The notes beneath the pieces are model-generated. The model did no database searches and was not told the DNA's origin. It saw only the letters and a program-made list of their open reading frames with translations. DNA of 64,000 nucleotides from a virus, in the IMG/VR virus record IMGVR_UViG_3300036790_000425, positions 32,001-96,000 of that record; one strand, 5' to 3'. Below are positions 52,320 through 61,321 of the stretch, piece after piece. The translations under genes were made by a program, and so were the position numbers. The stretch's first letter is position 1. Each line of letters starts with the position of its first letter.

Positions 52320-54281
52320 GTGAGTGCCCCGACGACCAAGACCTGGGAGCACGTCGCGGAGTGGACAGCGCTGCTCAGCGCTGCCGTGCTCACCGCCGTG
52401 GCTTACCTGCCCGGCATGGGCGCGCCCGCGTGGTGCGTCCCGGTGCTGTCCGCGGTGCTCGGCCTGATCGCGGCGGGCGTGGCCGCTGCCGTGGCCGGCG
52501 GGAGGTTCGCCGCCTGGTGCGCCGCCTACGGCGCATGGTGCGCCGCCTGGAGCTACTGGGCCGGCACGCGCGGCCTGTGGCACCCTGTTGTCGTGATCGC
52601 CTGGATCCTGGGGGCCGTCGCCTTCGTCGCGGCCGGCGCGCTCCTCCTGGCACACCGCCGGCCGGCGCAGCTGGCCATCGAGGCCGCGCCGGACCCCGAG
52701 GAGGCCAGCCGCCTGGAGGTCCTGGCGCAGTGGGACCACCTGTTCGCCTCGGTGGACTGCGAGGGCGTCCGGACGGTCGAGGTCATCGACGACAAGGCCA
52801 CGCCGGGCCGGGTGATCCGGGCCGAGCTGCCGCGCAAGGGGCACCTGACCATCCGCAGCCTGGAGACCCAGGCGCACCGGATGGAGGTCGCGCTGCGGCT
52901 GCGGGAGAACAGCATCACCTTCGCCACCCTGGCGAACGCCGCGGACATCGAGCTGCGGCTGCGGGAGCGGGACCTCATGACCAAGGCCGTCCCGCTGACC
53001 CCGGCGCACTACGCCACCACCATCAACAAGCCGTTCGCCGTCGGCGTGGGCGAGGACGGCAAGATCAAGTCGCTGACCCTGCGCCAGGTCCACATGATGC
53101 TGGTCGGCACGACCGGCGCGGGCAAGTCGAACCTGATCAACGTCCTGACCGGGCAGATGGGCCGGATGGTGGACACCGTCATCTGGTGCATCGACATGAA
53201 GGGCGGCCGGGTCGCCCGGCCGTGGCTCCTGCCGTGGATGAACAACGAGACCGATCAGCCGGTCTTCGACTGGGTGGCTACCAGCCGGAAGGAGGCCGCG
53301 CTGATGATGGACTGCTTCGTGATGGCCATCACCAGCCGGATGAACTCCGGCCGGGGCGGGTCGAAGATCACCCCGAAGGCCAATATCCCGCAGATCATCC
53401 TGCTGGTGGACGAGGCGGCCGACCTGATCGGCCAGGACAAGGGCCCGACCCTGGCCGAGGCCGAGCGGCTCGGCGTGCTGACCAACCGGCAGTTCGCCAA
53501 GCGCTTCGGAGAGATCACCCAGAAGGGGCGGTCCGAGGCTGCCTCCGCAGTGATCGCCACCCAGCGGGGCACCAACAGCATGTCCGGTGACGGCGACATC
53601 AAGGGTCAGTGCAAGACCCGGATCCTGCTGGGCACGGTCAACGAGAATGAGGCCCGCTACGTGCTGAACGACGACCCGCAGGCCTGGCGGCTGGCCACGA
53701 TGGCCTCCGCCATCCCGGGTGCCGGGGTCATCGGCGTCGGCCGGGACACCTCGCTGCTGGTCAAGTTCTTCCTGCTGGACCACCCGGAGGTGCCGGGCAC
53801 CGAAACCGGCGAGACGCTGTGTGATGACGGCTGCGTGCCGGAGTGCGCGGTCCGGATGACCGCGATCGAGACCGGCCGGGTCCGCCCGGCGCTGGACCAG
53901 GAGACCGCCGCCAGCATGGGCGAGACCTACGCCGACCGGTGGGCCCGGGCCCGGGACGCTGGCGTCATCACCCGGGTGCCTGCCCGGCGCCAGGTGGCCG
54001 CGGTCAGCACCGCCGGGTTCGAGCAGATCATGTCCGACTCGGGGATGACCGACCCGGACCAGGACGTGGACCCGCGGCGGCTGCGGATGCGCGAGCTGCT
54101 GGCCTCCCGGGGGCCGGCAGGCGGCACACCCAACTTCCTGTGGACCAAGATGGCGGAGGAGGGCATCACCGTGGCCCGGGAGACCCTGTCCCGGTGGCTG
54201 CGCGCCGACGCCGACCGCGGCCTGTGCCACTCGGCTGATGAGCATGGCCGCTGGCGGATCGGCCAGAAGCCGGCCGCCTAG
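52320..54281 (+). CDS. traB: TraB-like FtsK/SpoIIIE DNA translocase
   Basis: four N-terminal TM helices, GTTGAGKS, IDMKGG, LLVDEAA, GRS, ATQR, C-terminal wHTH-like V.RETLSRWL; RBS GGAGGAG. Confidence 0.8.
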   Translation: MSAPTTKTWEHVAEWTALLSAAVLTAVAYLPGMGAPAWCVPVLSAVLGLIAAGVAAAVAGGRFAAWCAAYGAWCAAWSYWAGTRGLWHPVVVIAWILGAVAFVAAGALLLAHRRPAQLAIEAAPDPEEASRLEVLAQWDHLFASVDCEGVRTVEVIDDKATPGRVIRAELPRKGHLTIRSLETQAHRMEVALRLRENSITFATLANAADIELRLRERDLMTKAVPLTPAHYATTINKPFAVGVGEDGKIKSLTLRQVHMMLVGTTGAGKSNLINVLTGQMGRMVDTVIWCIDMKGGRVARPWLLPWMNNETDQPVFDWVATSRKEAALMMDCFVMAITSRMNSGRGGSKITPKANIPQIILLVDEAADLIGQDKGPTLAEAERLGVLTNRQFAKRFGEITQKGRSEAASAVIATQRGTNSMSGDGDIKGQCKTRILLGTVNENEARYVLNDDPQAWRLATMASAIPGAGVIGVGRDTSLLVKFFLLDHPEVPGTETGETLCDDGCVPECAVRMTAIETGRVRPALDQETAASMGETYADRWARARDAGVITRVPARRQVAAVSTAGFEQIMSDSGMTDPDQDVDPRRLRMRELLASRGPAGGTPNFLWTKMAEEGITVARETLSRWLRADADRGLCHSADEHGRWRIGQKPAA

Positions 54282-55012
54282 CCTGCCGCGGCGGGGGCCT
54301 CGGCCGGGGCGATCTCGGGCGGGGCCTCCACTGCTGCTACCGAGGGAGTCGCGGGCAGCGGCGGCTGGCCCGCGGCCGAGAGCGTCTGCTCCACGTCCGC
54401 GCCCAGCGTGCCGCGGTCGGCGTCGGCGCTCAGGATCTTCCCGGTGGTGTCGTGGTACTGCTGCATCCGGCGCCGGGCCTCCCCGAGCCGGCCCTCCATG
54501 TCCTGGAGCCGCTGCGCGGCGCCCTCGCTGACCGCCGCGGAGTGCGCGGCGGCCTGGTCGGTCATCCGCTTGGCCTCCGCCCGCGCGCCCTCCAGGGCGA
54601 TCTCGGCCTGCTCCCGTGCCCCGGCCGCGACCTTGTCGGCCTCCTCGCGGGCGTCGGCCAGGAGCTGGCGGGCGGCGTCCTCCGCGTCTGATCTCAGCTG
54701 CGCCGCGGACTGGTCGGCCTCGGCCTTCTGGCCGGCCAGCTCCTCGGCCGCCATCCTCATCAGGTCGGCCACCAGCCTGGTCGCCTGCGGAGACTCGGCC
54801 GCCTTCGCCAGGGTCTGCTCGGCGTCGTGGCCGAAGTGAGCCACCTGCCGCTCGGCGTCGTGCAGGCGTGTCAGGATCCGGGCGATCCAGGAGTCCACCT
54901 GCTTCGGGTGATAGCCGCCGGCCCCCTGGACCTGGTCGAACCGGGGATCCAGGTCGGGGTCGGCAGCCGGGCCGAGGTCGGTCACCGGGTACTGCTGGGT
55001 GTCGCTGGTCAT
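54278..55012 (-). CDS. DivIVA-domain coiled-coil protein
   Basis: RF......GY...QVD.WI..I followed by A..EA....A heptad repeats. Confidence 0.75.
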   Translation of the reverse strand: MTSDTQQYPVTDLGPAADPDLDPRFDQVQGAGGYHPKQVDSWIARILTRLHDAERQVAHFGHDAEQTLAKAAESPQATRLVADLMRMAAEELAGQKAEADQSAAQLRSDAEDAARQLLADAREEADKVAAGAREQAEIALEGARAEAKRMTDQAAAHSAAVSEGAAQRLQDMEGRLGEARRRMQQYHDTTGKILSADADRGTLGADVEQTLSAAGQPPLPATPSVAAVEAPPEIAPAEAPAAAG

Positions 55013-55034
55013 GAGGAGTCCTCCGCGGGATGAG

Positions 55035-55217
55035 TCAGGTGTCGTAGACCCCGTCAGCCACGGCCGGGACCTGAACCCAGGAGGACGTGGCGATCGGGCC
55101 CGTAACGCCCGTGCCTGGCAGAACGGTACCCGGCGCGACGGTGATGCGCTGGGACATCGCCGTGGCCGCCAGAACCGCCCGGGCCGCCAGGGCCGCGCTC
55201 CCGCTCACCGTGGCCAT
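55035..55217 (-). CDS. small hypothetical (tail region)
   Basis: TGATG coupling. Confidence 0.55.
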   Translation of the reverse strand: MATVSGSAALAARAVLAATAMSQRITVAPGTVLPGTGVTGPIATSSWVQVPAVADGVYDT

Positions 55218-55495
55218 CAGGCCCCCATCAGGCTCCCGGCCGCGATCTGGGACGCGGTGAGCGTGTAGGTCGTGTCGGTGAAGCCCTGGTCGGTCCCGTC
55301 AGCCAGCTGGCACTCGTACTGGTTGCCCGGGTCCCGGGTGGCGTCAGCCGCGTCCGAGAGCACCACGGCGCCGGTCCCCGGCACCCAGCCCTCCCAGGTA
55401 GCCGGATCCCCGACCACGGTGAAGGCCGAGCCGCCGGTCAGCTGATCAGCTGAGGTCTCCACCGGGTAGGTCAGCGTGGTCACGTCCTCCGCCAT
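55217..55495 (-). CDS. acidic hypothetical (tail region)
   Basis: 92-aa ORF. Confidence 0.6.
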   Translation of the reverse strand: MAEDVTTLTYPVETSADQLTGGSAFTVVGDPATWEGWVPGTGAVVLSDAADATRDPGNQYECQLADGTDQGFTDTTYTLTASQIAAGSLMGA

Positions 55496-55496
55496 C

Positions 55497-55889
55497 TCAG
55501 GCCGCCAGCGTGAGCGATCCCGAGGCGATGGTGAAGGTGTCGCCCGAGTTCGTGGTCTTGGCCGCGGTGAGCGCGCCCCACCAGGTGCGGATAGGCGAGC
55601 CGGCCGAGTCCCACAGCTCTACGCCGTTGATCGTGGTCGCCGGCATGTTGGTCACCGTGACCGCGACATTGGAGGCCTTCGAGCCGGCCGAGGCCGCAGC
55701 GAAGGTGACCGTCGGGGCGCCCGTGCCGGAGGTGTACCCGCCGCCGGTCGCCAGCTCGGTGCCGTTGCTGGTATTGCTGCCGTTGGCCGTCATCAGCCGG
55801 CAGGTGATGGGCGTGGTCGGTGAGGTAAGCGTGCCGCCGACGCTGGCGTCCAGCAGCTTGTTCGAGAACGTCTGGTCGAGGCTAGACAC
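55497..55889 (-). CDS. small tail-fibre/virion structural protein
   Basis: GTE..GGGY..VTF.AA..G..SN, WD, WGAL...KT...GDTF.I..G.L. Confidence 0.7.
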   Translation of the reverse strand: MSSLDQTFSNKLLDASVGGTLTSPTTPITCRLMTANGSNTSNGTELATGGGYTSGTGAPTVTFAAASAGSKASNVAVTVTNMPATTINGVELWDSAGSPIRTWWGALTAAKTTNSGDTFTIASGSLTLAA

Positions 55890-56085
55890 TGGTCGGGCTC
55901 CCGTTCAGGATGGTGAGGCAGCTTCCGTCGGGGCACCCTGCCTGAGCGCAGCACCTGAAGTGGCGGCTGATCATCTCCAGGCCCTGGTCCGCGGGGACCA
56001 CGATCTGGTGGTGACCTTCGGTATCCACCTCATGACAGCCTTCGCACTCGCGCTCCACCCGCGCCGGGGCCTGCGGGTCGCTCAT
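55882..56085 (-). CDS. small Cys/His protein
   Basis: RBS AGGAGG; CxxC..D..H...H..C....CPDG.C. Confidence 0.65.
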   Translation of the reverse strand: MSDPQAPARVERECEGCHEVDTEGHHQIVVPADQGLEMISRHFRCCAQAGCPDGSCLTILNGSPTSV

Positions 56086-56114
56086 GGGCACCTCCTGATC
56101 CTTCTGGGGTTGGG

Positions 56115-57104
56115 TTACCAGGTGCGGAACACGGCAGAGGCGCCGACTGCCGCCCGGGTGTCGGTCCGCTTGACGTCCACCGCGGTGACGGCGGACCAGC
56201 CGTGCGCCGGCACGACGTGCACGGCCTTGCCCGTGGTGAGTGCGCGGGCAAGGGTCTGGGGTCCGTGCTTGACGTCGTGCAGCGTGACGTGCACGACCGC
56301 GCCGGTCTGGCCGGCCAGGCCCAGGGAGCAGCTCGCGTAGGCGGCCGGCTCCTTGTACTCGGCCGCGTCGGCCCACACCGGGAAGCTGACCGGGGGCTGT
56401 CCCGGCACCAGCGGAATGATCATTTCGTCTCCCTGGGCAGTCGGCTTCGGCTGGGCGGCGGCCGGGAGGACCCGGGCCGCGAGCTGGGCCTCAGTGCCGT
56501 GGAAGGCAGAGCAGTCCACGGGTCCGGAGATCCCGCTGATCGAGGCCTTGTCGGTGAACTGGAGCAGTACCGGGGTCCGGCCGCCGTAGGGTGCCCACCA
56601 GGACGCCGGGACGTGGCCGTACAGGGCCGCGGGGTCGCCGCCGCCGGACACGTAGGAGCTGGCCCACAGCCAGTCCGCGAAGGTCAGCGACTGGCCGCCC
56701 GTGTACCAGTGCGGGGCGTAGCCGCCGACGGGGTGCCGGGGGTACAGCTTCCGCAGCTCGGCCACGGCGTCGGCGGCCTGGGCGTGCGTCGGGCTGCCGT
56801 CGGGGGCCCGCTCGTAGTCCACGGCGATGCCGAACCGGGACAGGTCCCCGGCGTGCTCGGCGAAGAACGAGGCCTGCGCGGAGCCGCTGCCCTTAGCGTC
56901 CAGGAACAGGTAGGCCAGCGGCACGAACCCGTGCCCGGCGATCCGCAGCATGGCCGTCCTGGAGGCCGCCCAGCGGGGGTTGACGTAGCCCGTGCCCTCG
57001 GTGACCTTCTCCGCGCCGAATCGGCAGCTGGCGCTCACGCGGGCCCAGTCGGGGCTGCCCTGGAAGGACGAGCAGTCCGGCCCGTAGATAACTTTCCCGG
57101 TCAC
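56115..57104 (-). CDS. GH25 muramidase endolysin
   Basis: GPDCSSFQG..DW, K.TEG..Y.NP, AY.F, VDYE, LW...Y, LQFT..G..G.VD. Confidence 0.85.
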   Translation of the reverse strand: MTGKVIYGPDCSSFQGSPDWARVSASCRFGAEKVTEGTGYVNPRWAASRTAMLRIAGHGFVPLAYLFLDAKGSGSAQASFFAEHAGDLSRFGIAVDYERAPDGSPTHAQAADAVAELRKLYPRHPVGGYAPHWYTGGQSLTFADWLWASSYVSGGGDPAALYGHVPASWWAPYGGRTPVLLQFTDKASISGISGPVDCSAFHGTEAQLAARVLPAAAQPKPTAQGDEMIIPLVPGQPPVSFPVWADAAEYKEPAAYASCSLGLAGQTGAVVHVTLHDVKHGPQTLARALTTGKAVHVVPAHGWSAVTAVDVKRTDTRAAVGASAVFRTW

Positions 57105-57186
57105 ACATCTTCCGGGGGCCCGAGGCCATCGTGATACTCTCGGCCACGAGGAGTGAGGACCCGGCCATGCCTGCGTCTCCACATAA

Positions 57187-57228
57187 AGAGAGCCGCTCCC
57201 GGCGCAGGGGAGCGGCTCTCTTTTTTTC
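57187..57228. terminator. intrinsic terminator, probably bidirectional
   Basis: 14-bp stem AGAGAGCCGCTCCC/GGGAGCGGCTCTCT, T tract on + and TTAT on -. Confidence 0.75.
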
Positions 57229-57241
57229 TTCCGGGGAAGGC

Positions 57242-59284
57242 TTACCGGAGGATCTTCAGGTAGGCGGCGGCGTCCTGCGGGCTGGCCAGCTCGGCCGCCG
57301 GGGGCAGGGCCTTCATGATCTGCCTGCCGTACTGCTTGCTCCGCAGCCGCGGGTCCAGGATGGCGACCAGGCCGTTGTCATCGGCGTGCCGGATCAGCCG
57401 GCCGAAGGCCTGGGTCAGGACCAGGATCATGGCCGGGATGGTCAGCCGGTCGAAGCCCGCCCACCTGTTGTTGTACTTCTTGATCATCGCGTCCACCCGG
57501 GCCTGGTTCAGCAGGTCAGTGGGGACCGCGAACGGCAGCTTGTCGATGACGACCAGCCGCAGCGCCCTGCCCGGGATGTCGATGCCCTCGAAGAACGTCC
57601 GCAACCCGAACATCACCGCGTGACCGTTCTCGCGGAACTGGCGGACCATCTCGGGCGGCGGGTAGTCGTCCTGCCTCAGGACCAGCAGGCCCTGCGACCG
57701 GAAGTGGGCGGCCAGCGCCTGGTGAGACTCGTTCATGGCGCTGCGCGAGGTGAACAGCAGCAGGGCGCCGCCGCCGGAGGCGTCCACCAGCCCGCGGGTT
57801 GCCGCCTGGGCCGCTGCCCGCCACGACATCTGAGTCGGGCCGGCCGGCTCGGGGAAACCCTTGCCCGGAACGAACAGCCGGGACTGGACACGGAAGTTGA
57901 ACGGCGAGCCGGCGTCGAAGGTCAGCGCCTCGCCGGCGCTCAGGCCCAGGGTCTCGGCCAGGTAGCCGAAGTCCGGGCTGCCGTCGCGGAGCTGGCCGGT
58001 GGTCAGGGTCGCGCTGGACATGATGACCGGGAAGTTGTCCCACATGGCCGCCCGCAGGAACGGGGCCACGCTGACCGGGGCGGAGCGCAGGATCGACCTG
58101 GTGACCTGCCGGCCGCGGGACTCATACGTCATCCGCTCTACCCAGCGGACGGTCTTGCTGGCCTCGTCAGCGCTGAAGGCGAGCAGCCGCTCCATCCAGG
58201 TGTCGGTGCGCCGCATCAGGCGGGACCGGGTGATCTTGACATCGTCCCCCAGCGGGCGGGTGTTCTTGACCTCGGTGCGGGCGTTCTCGATGGCCTGGTA
58301 GACCGCGGCGATGCCGTCGCCCAGCTCGGTGATGATCCGGCTCGGGCTCAGCGGCATCGGGTCAGCCTTGCCGCGCTGCGACTCGATGAAATCGGCGTAA
58401 GCGTCGGTGATCGTGGCCCACAGACCGGTAACGGCTACCTCGATGTCCCGGCCGAAGTCGGTGTCCATGCCGGTCTCCATGCTCAGGTAGCCGTCAATCT
58501 CACGGGCCATCCGGATCAGGGTGCCGTCGGAGATCGTGTCCTCCAGGGCGCTGGTCGCAGCATCAGGCAGGGTGTGCCCCTCGTCCACGGCCAGCGCGCC
58601 GATCTCGCCCAGCAGCGCGACGTTGCCGCCGGACTTCAGCCGCAGCACCAGGTCCTGCATCAGCATGGCGGTGTTGGTGACCACGATGTCCGCGGTCTCG
58701 GCCCTGGCCTTGGCCCGCTCCGCGAAGCACGTCCGGGCGAAGGGGCAGTCCTTCTTGCCAGGGCACTCCGCGGACGACATCGAGAACGGGATCCAGTCCT
58801 GGTTGGACAGGGCAGGGAAGTCCTCGCGGTCGATGACCTCGCCGGCCTTCACGGCCTCGTCGGTGCTCAGCTCGGCCATCCGGGCGAGGACCCCGCGCTG
58901 CACGGCAGTCGGGGTCTTCATGCCGGCGGCCTTGGCCTGGCACGGGTAGTTGGCGCGGCCCTTCAGCGCGGCGAAGGTGAACTGGATGCCCAGGTGCTCG
59001 GCCAGGAACGGCAGGTCCTTGCCGGTGTACTGGTTCTGGAGCGCCTTGGTGGCGGTCGCCACGACCGAGCGCATGCCGGTCTCCCGGGCGCGGATGATCA
59101 GCGGGATCAGGATGGCCAGCGACTTGCCGGTGCCGGTGCCCGCCTGCATCAGGCCGGGGCACTCACCGGACAGGGCCTGCTCGATCTGCTCCGCCAGCGC
59201 AAGCTGGGTGGCGCGGGGCGAGTAGCCCGGAAGGCTTGCCGCGAGGGCATCCTGGGCGTCTGCGAAATTCCTGGGCGTATCCAT
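57242..59284 (-). CDS. dinG: DinG/YoaA-family helicase
   Basis: R..Q, AGTGTGKS, T..LQ.Q, KGR.NY.C, Fe-S Cys, DEGH, SATL, LFTS, EGIDIPG, KLPF, Q.FGRLIR; RBS GGAGG. Confidence 0.9.
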   Translation of the reverse strand: MDTPRNFADAQDALAASLPGYSPRATQLALAEQIEQALSGECPGLMQAGTGTGKSLAILIPLIIRARETGMRSVVATATKALQNQYTGKDLPFLAEHLGIQFTFAALKGRANYPCQAKAAGMKTPTAVQRGVLARMAELSTDEAVKAGEVIDREDFPALSNQDWIPFSMSSAECPGKKDCPFARTCFAERAKARAETADIVVTNTAMLMQDLVLRLKSGGNVALLGEIGALAVDEGHTLPDAATSALEDTISDGTLIRMAREIDGYLSMETGMDTDFGRDIEVAVTGLWATITDAYADFIESQRGKADPMPLSPSRIITELGDGIAAVYQAIENARTEVKNTRPLGDDVKITRSRLMRRTDTWMERLLAFSADEASKTVRWVERMTYESRGRQVTRSILRSAPVSVAPFLRAAMWDNFPVIMSSATLTTGQLRDGSPDFGYLAETLGLSAGEALTFDAGSPFNFRVQSRLFVPGKGFPEPAGPTQMSWRAAAQAATRGLVDASGGGALLLFTSRSAMNESHQALAAHFRSQGLLVLRQDDYPPPEMVRQFRENGHAVMFGLRTFFEGIDIPGRALRLVVIDKLPFAVPTDLLNQARVDAMIKKYNNRWAGFDRLTIPAMILVLTQAFGRLIRHADDNGLVAILDPRLRSKQYGRQIMKALPPAAELASPQDAAAYLKILR

Positions 59285-59337
59285 CAGATGTCCTCCCGAA
59301 GTGTCACTTCCGCCCTTCCGGCCGGAGCGGTAGTCCC

Positions 59338-59367
59338 ATTCTATTGGCAAGGAACCCTATAGCGCAA
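59338..59367 (-). promoter_or_regulatory. promoter with degenerate box upstream of dinG
   Basis: TTGCGC-TATAGGGTTCCTTGCCAA-TAGAAT. Confidence 0.65.
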
Positions 59368-59414
59368 GCTGAATGAGGTAGCAACCAACCTTGTATCATC
59401 AGAGGGTGACAGCC

Positions 59415-60992
59415 GTGGCGGAGGCAGAGACGGGCTGGCCGGACGGGGTGCTGTTCTGGCCCCCGCGCCAGATTCCCTACCAGACCGACTACATCACCCG
59501 CATGTACCTCATGCGCCAGGCCCTGCTCGCGGCCGACCTCGGGACCGGCAAGACCGTGATGTCCCTGGGGGTGGCCGGCCTGGCGATGGAGGACGGCGAC
59601 ATCGACCTGGTGCTGGTCGTCTGCGAGCGCAACAAGCTCAGCGAGTGGAAGGCCGACTTCGGTACCTTCACCCGGATCCCGGCCGAGGTCTACCACGGCC
59701 CCCGCCGCAGGCGGCTGCTGGAGGGCCCGCTCCCGGCCGCGGTGATCACCACCTACGAAACCTGCCGCGACGACGTGGCCGTCTTCCCGCCGAGGAAGTC
59801 CAGGGCCCGGACCCTGTCCCCCGGGCCGCTCATGGACGCGCTGCGGGGCCGCCGGGTGCTGGTCATCTACGACGAGGTGACTAAGCTCGGCAACCGGTCG
59901 AGCAACCTCTACAAGGGGCACTTCTGGATGCTCGGTCAGCTCCGGAAAGAGGACCCGGGCCTGCGGGTCATCGGGATGAGCGCCACGCCGATGGACACCG
60001 GGTTCGAGAACATCTTCAACGAGATGCGGGTGATCGCGCCGCAGGCCATGCCGAAAGTCACCGAGTTCAGCCGGCGCTGCATCCGCAGCCGGCACCCGAA
60101 ATACGGCACCCCGAGCTACAGCGATGAGGGCGTGGCCTGGTTCCGGTCGCTGGCCGAGCCGTGGATCCTGCGCAAGCGCAAGAGCGACCCGGACGTACGC
60201 GAGTTCTTCCCGCCGCTCACCGAGCGGTTCATCCGGCTGGACATGGGACCGCGGCAGCTGGACGCCTACCGGGCGCTGGAGGACCTGTCCTGGGACGAGG
60301 AGGGGAACTTCCGCGACGTGCCGGGGCTGGCCACGGCGCTGCGCCAGCTGGCCGGGGATCCCTGGGCCATCCTGGAGGGCGCCCGGACCGGCAGCTCACC
60401 GCTGACGAAGATGGTGGCTGAGCAGGACGTGATGGGCGCGGAGCTGGAGCGCTGCTCATCCGCCAAGGCCGACGAGCTGGCCCGGCTGTGCGACCTGGTG
60501 ATGTCCTCGGGCGGCAAGCTGCTGGTGTTCACGTTCTTCGGCCAGAGCGTGCTGCCCGCGCTCGCCCGCCGGCTGGGAGACCGGCCGGTCTGGACCTACC
60601 ACGGCGGCCAGTCCACCAGGGAGCAGGACCGGAGCCGGCTGGCCTTCCGCGGGCACCACGGAGGCGGGATCCTGCTCGCCTCTGACGCCGGGGCGCGGGG
60701 CATCAACCTCCCCGAGGCGTCCTACGTCGTCAATTACGACGTGCCCCGCACGCACGCGCTGGCCCAGCAGCGGGCCGGCCGGGGGCACCGGCTGGGGAAG
60801 GAGGACCCGCTGACCGTGATCACCTTCATCCTGGAGCACACGCTGGAAACCCGGTCCTCGATCCCGACCCTGCTGCGGCGCAACCGGCAGCAGGACTACA
60901 TTCTCGGGGACGAGGGTGCCGAGGGCCACGTGAGCGCCGCGGACCGCGCCCTAATGTTCGCCCAGTCCCGCCCCAGGAGGCCCCTCGCATGA
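59415..60992 (+). CDS. SNF2-like SF2 helicase
   Basis: YQ, DLGTGKT, YDEV, MSATP, SDAGARGINL, NYD.P, QRAGR.HR.G. Confidence 0.88.
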   Translation: MAEAETGWPDGVLFWPPRQIPYQTDYITRMYLMRQALLAADLGTGKTVMSLGVAGLAMEDGDIDLVLVVCERNKLSEWKADFGTFTRIPAEVYHGPRRRRLLEGPLPAAVITTYETCRDDVAVFPPRKSRARTLSPGPLMDALRGRRVLVIYDEVTKLGNRSSNLYKGHFWMLGQLRKEDPGLRVIGMSATPMDTGFENIFNEMRVIAPQAMPKVTEFSRRCIRSRHPKYGTPSYSDEGVAWFRSLAEPWILRKRKSDPDVREFFPPLTERFIRLDMGPRQLDAYRALEDLSWDEEGNFRDVPGLATALRQLAGDPWAILEGARTGSSPLTKMVAEQDVMGAELERCSSAKADELARLCDLVMSSGGKLLVFTFFGQSVLPALARRLGDRPVWTYHGGQSTREQDRSRLAFRGHHGGGILLASDAGARGINLPEASYVVNYDVPRTHALAQQRAGRGHRLGKEDPLTVITFILEHTLETRSSIPTLLRRNRQQDYILGDEGAEGHVSAADRALMFAQSRPRRPLA

Positions 60993-61321
60993 ATCAGCGC
61001 CTGATGGATATCGGTGCCGAGAAGGTCAGGACCGCGATCGAGAACCTGCCGGTCATGCAGGTGGTCCGTGACCAGATCGAGTGGGAGGTCATCCCGCTGG
61101 TCGGCGCGAGCGGCCTGCTGCTGTGCATCCCGATGATCTGCATGCCGATCCCTGGCTCCGAGGACTACGTGCTGCACACCGGGATGCCGGGCTTTGACCC
61201 GCACACCGACCAGGCCGAGGTGGATCACGTCATCCGGACGGTCACCGAGGGCGTGCAGAAGGACTGCGACCAGCGCCGGGCCCGGACCAACGGGTCCGGG
61301 CTGTGGAAGCCGGGCAGCTAG
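60989..61321 (+). CDS. hypothetical protein
   Basis: ATGA overlap, RBS AGGAGG. Confidence 0.7.
   Translation: MNQRLMDIGAEKVRTAIENLPVMQVVRDQIEWEVIPLVGASGLLLCIPMICMPIPGSEDYVLHTGMPGFDPHTDQAEVDHVIRTVTEGVQKDCDQRRARTNGSGLWKPGS

Noticed and set aside
54278-54281. Convergent genes sharing CTAG stop overlaps (also 61318-61321)
   Set aside because: Common compact-genome arrangement; no further signal
48959-55012. Independent integrated AICE or plasmid
   Set aside because: No integrase, excisionase, Rep or flanking att repeats seen, and the module uses the phage promoter box; not fully excluded without comparative data
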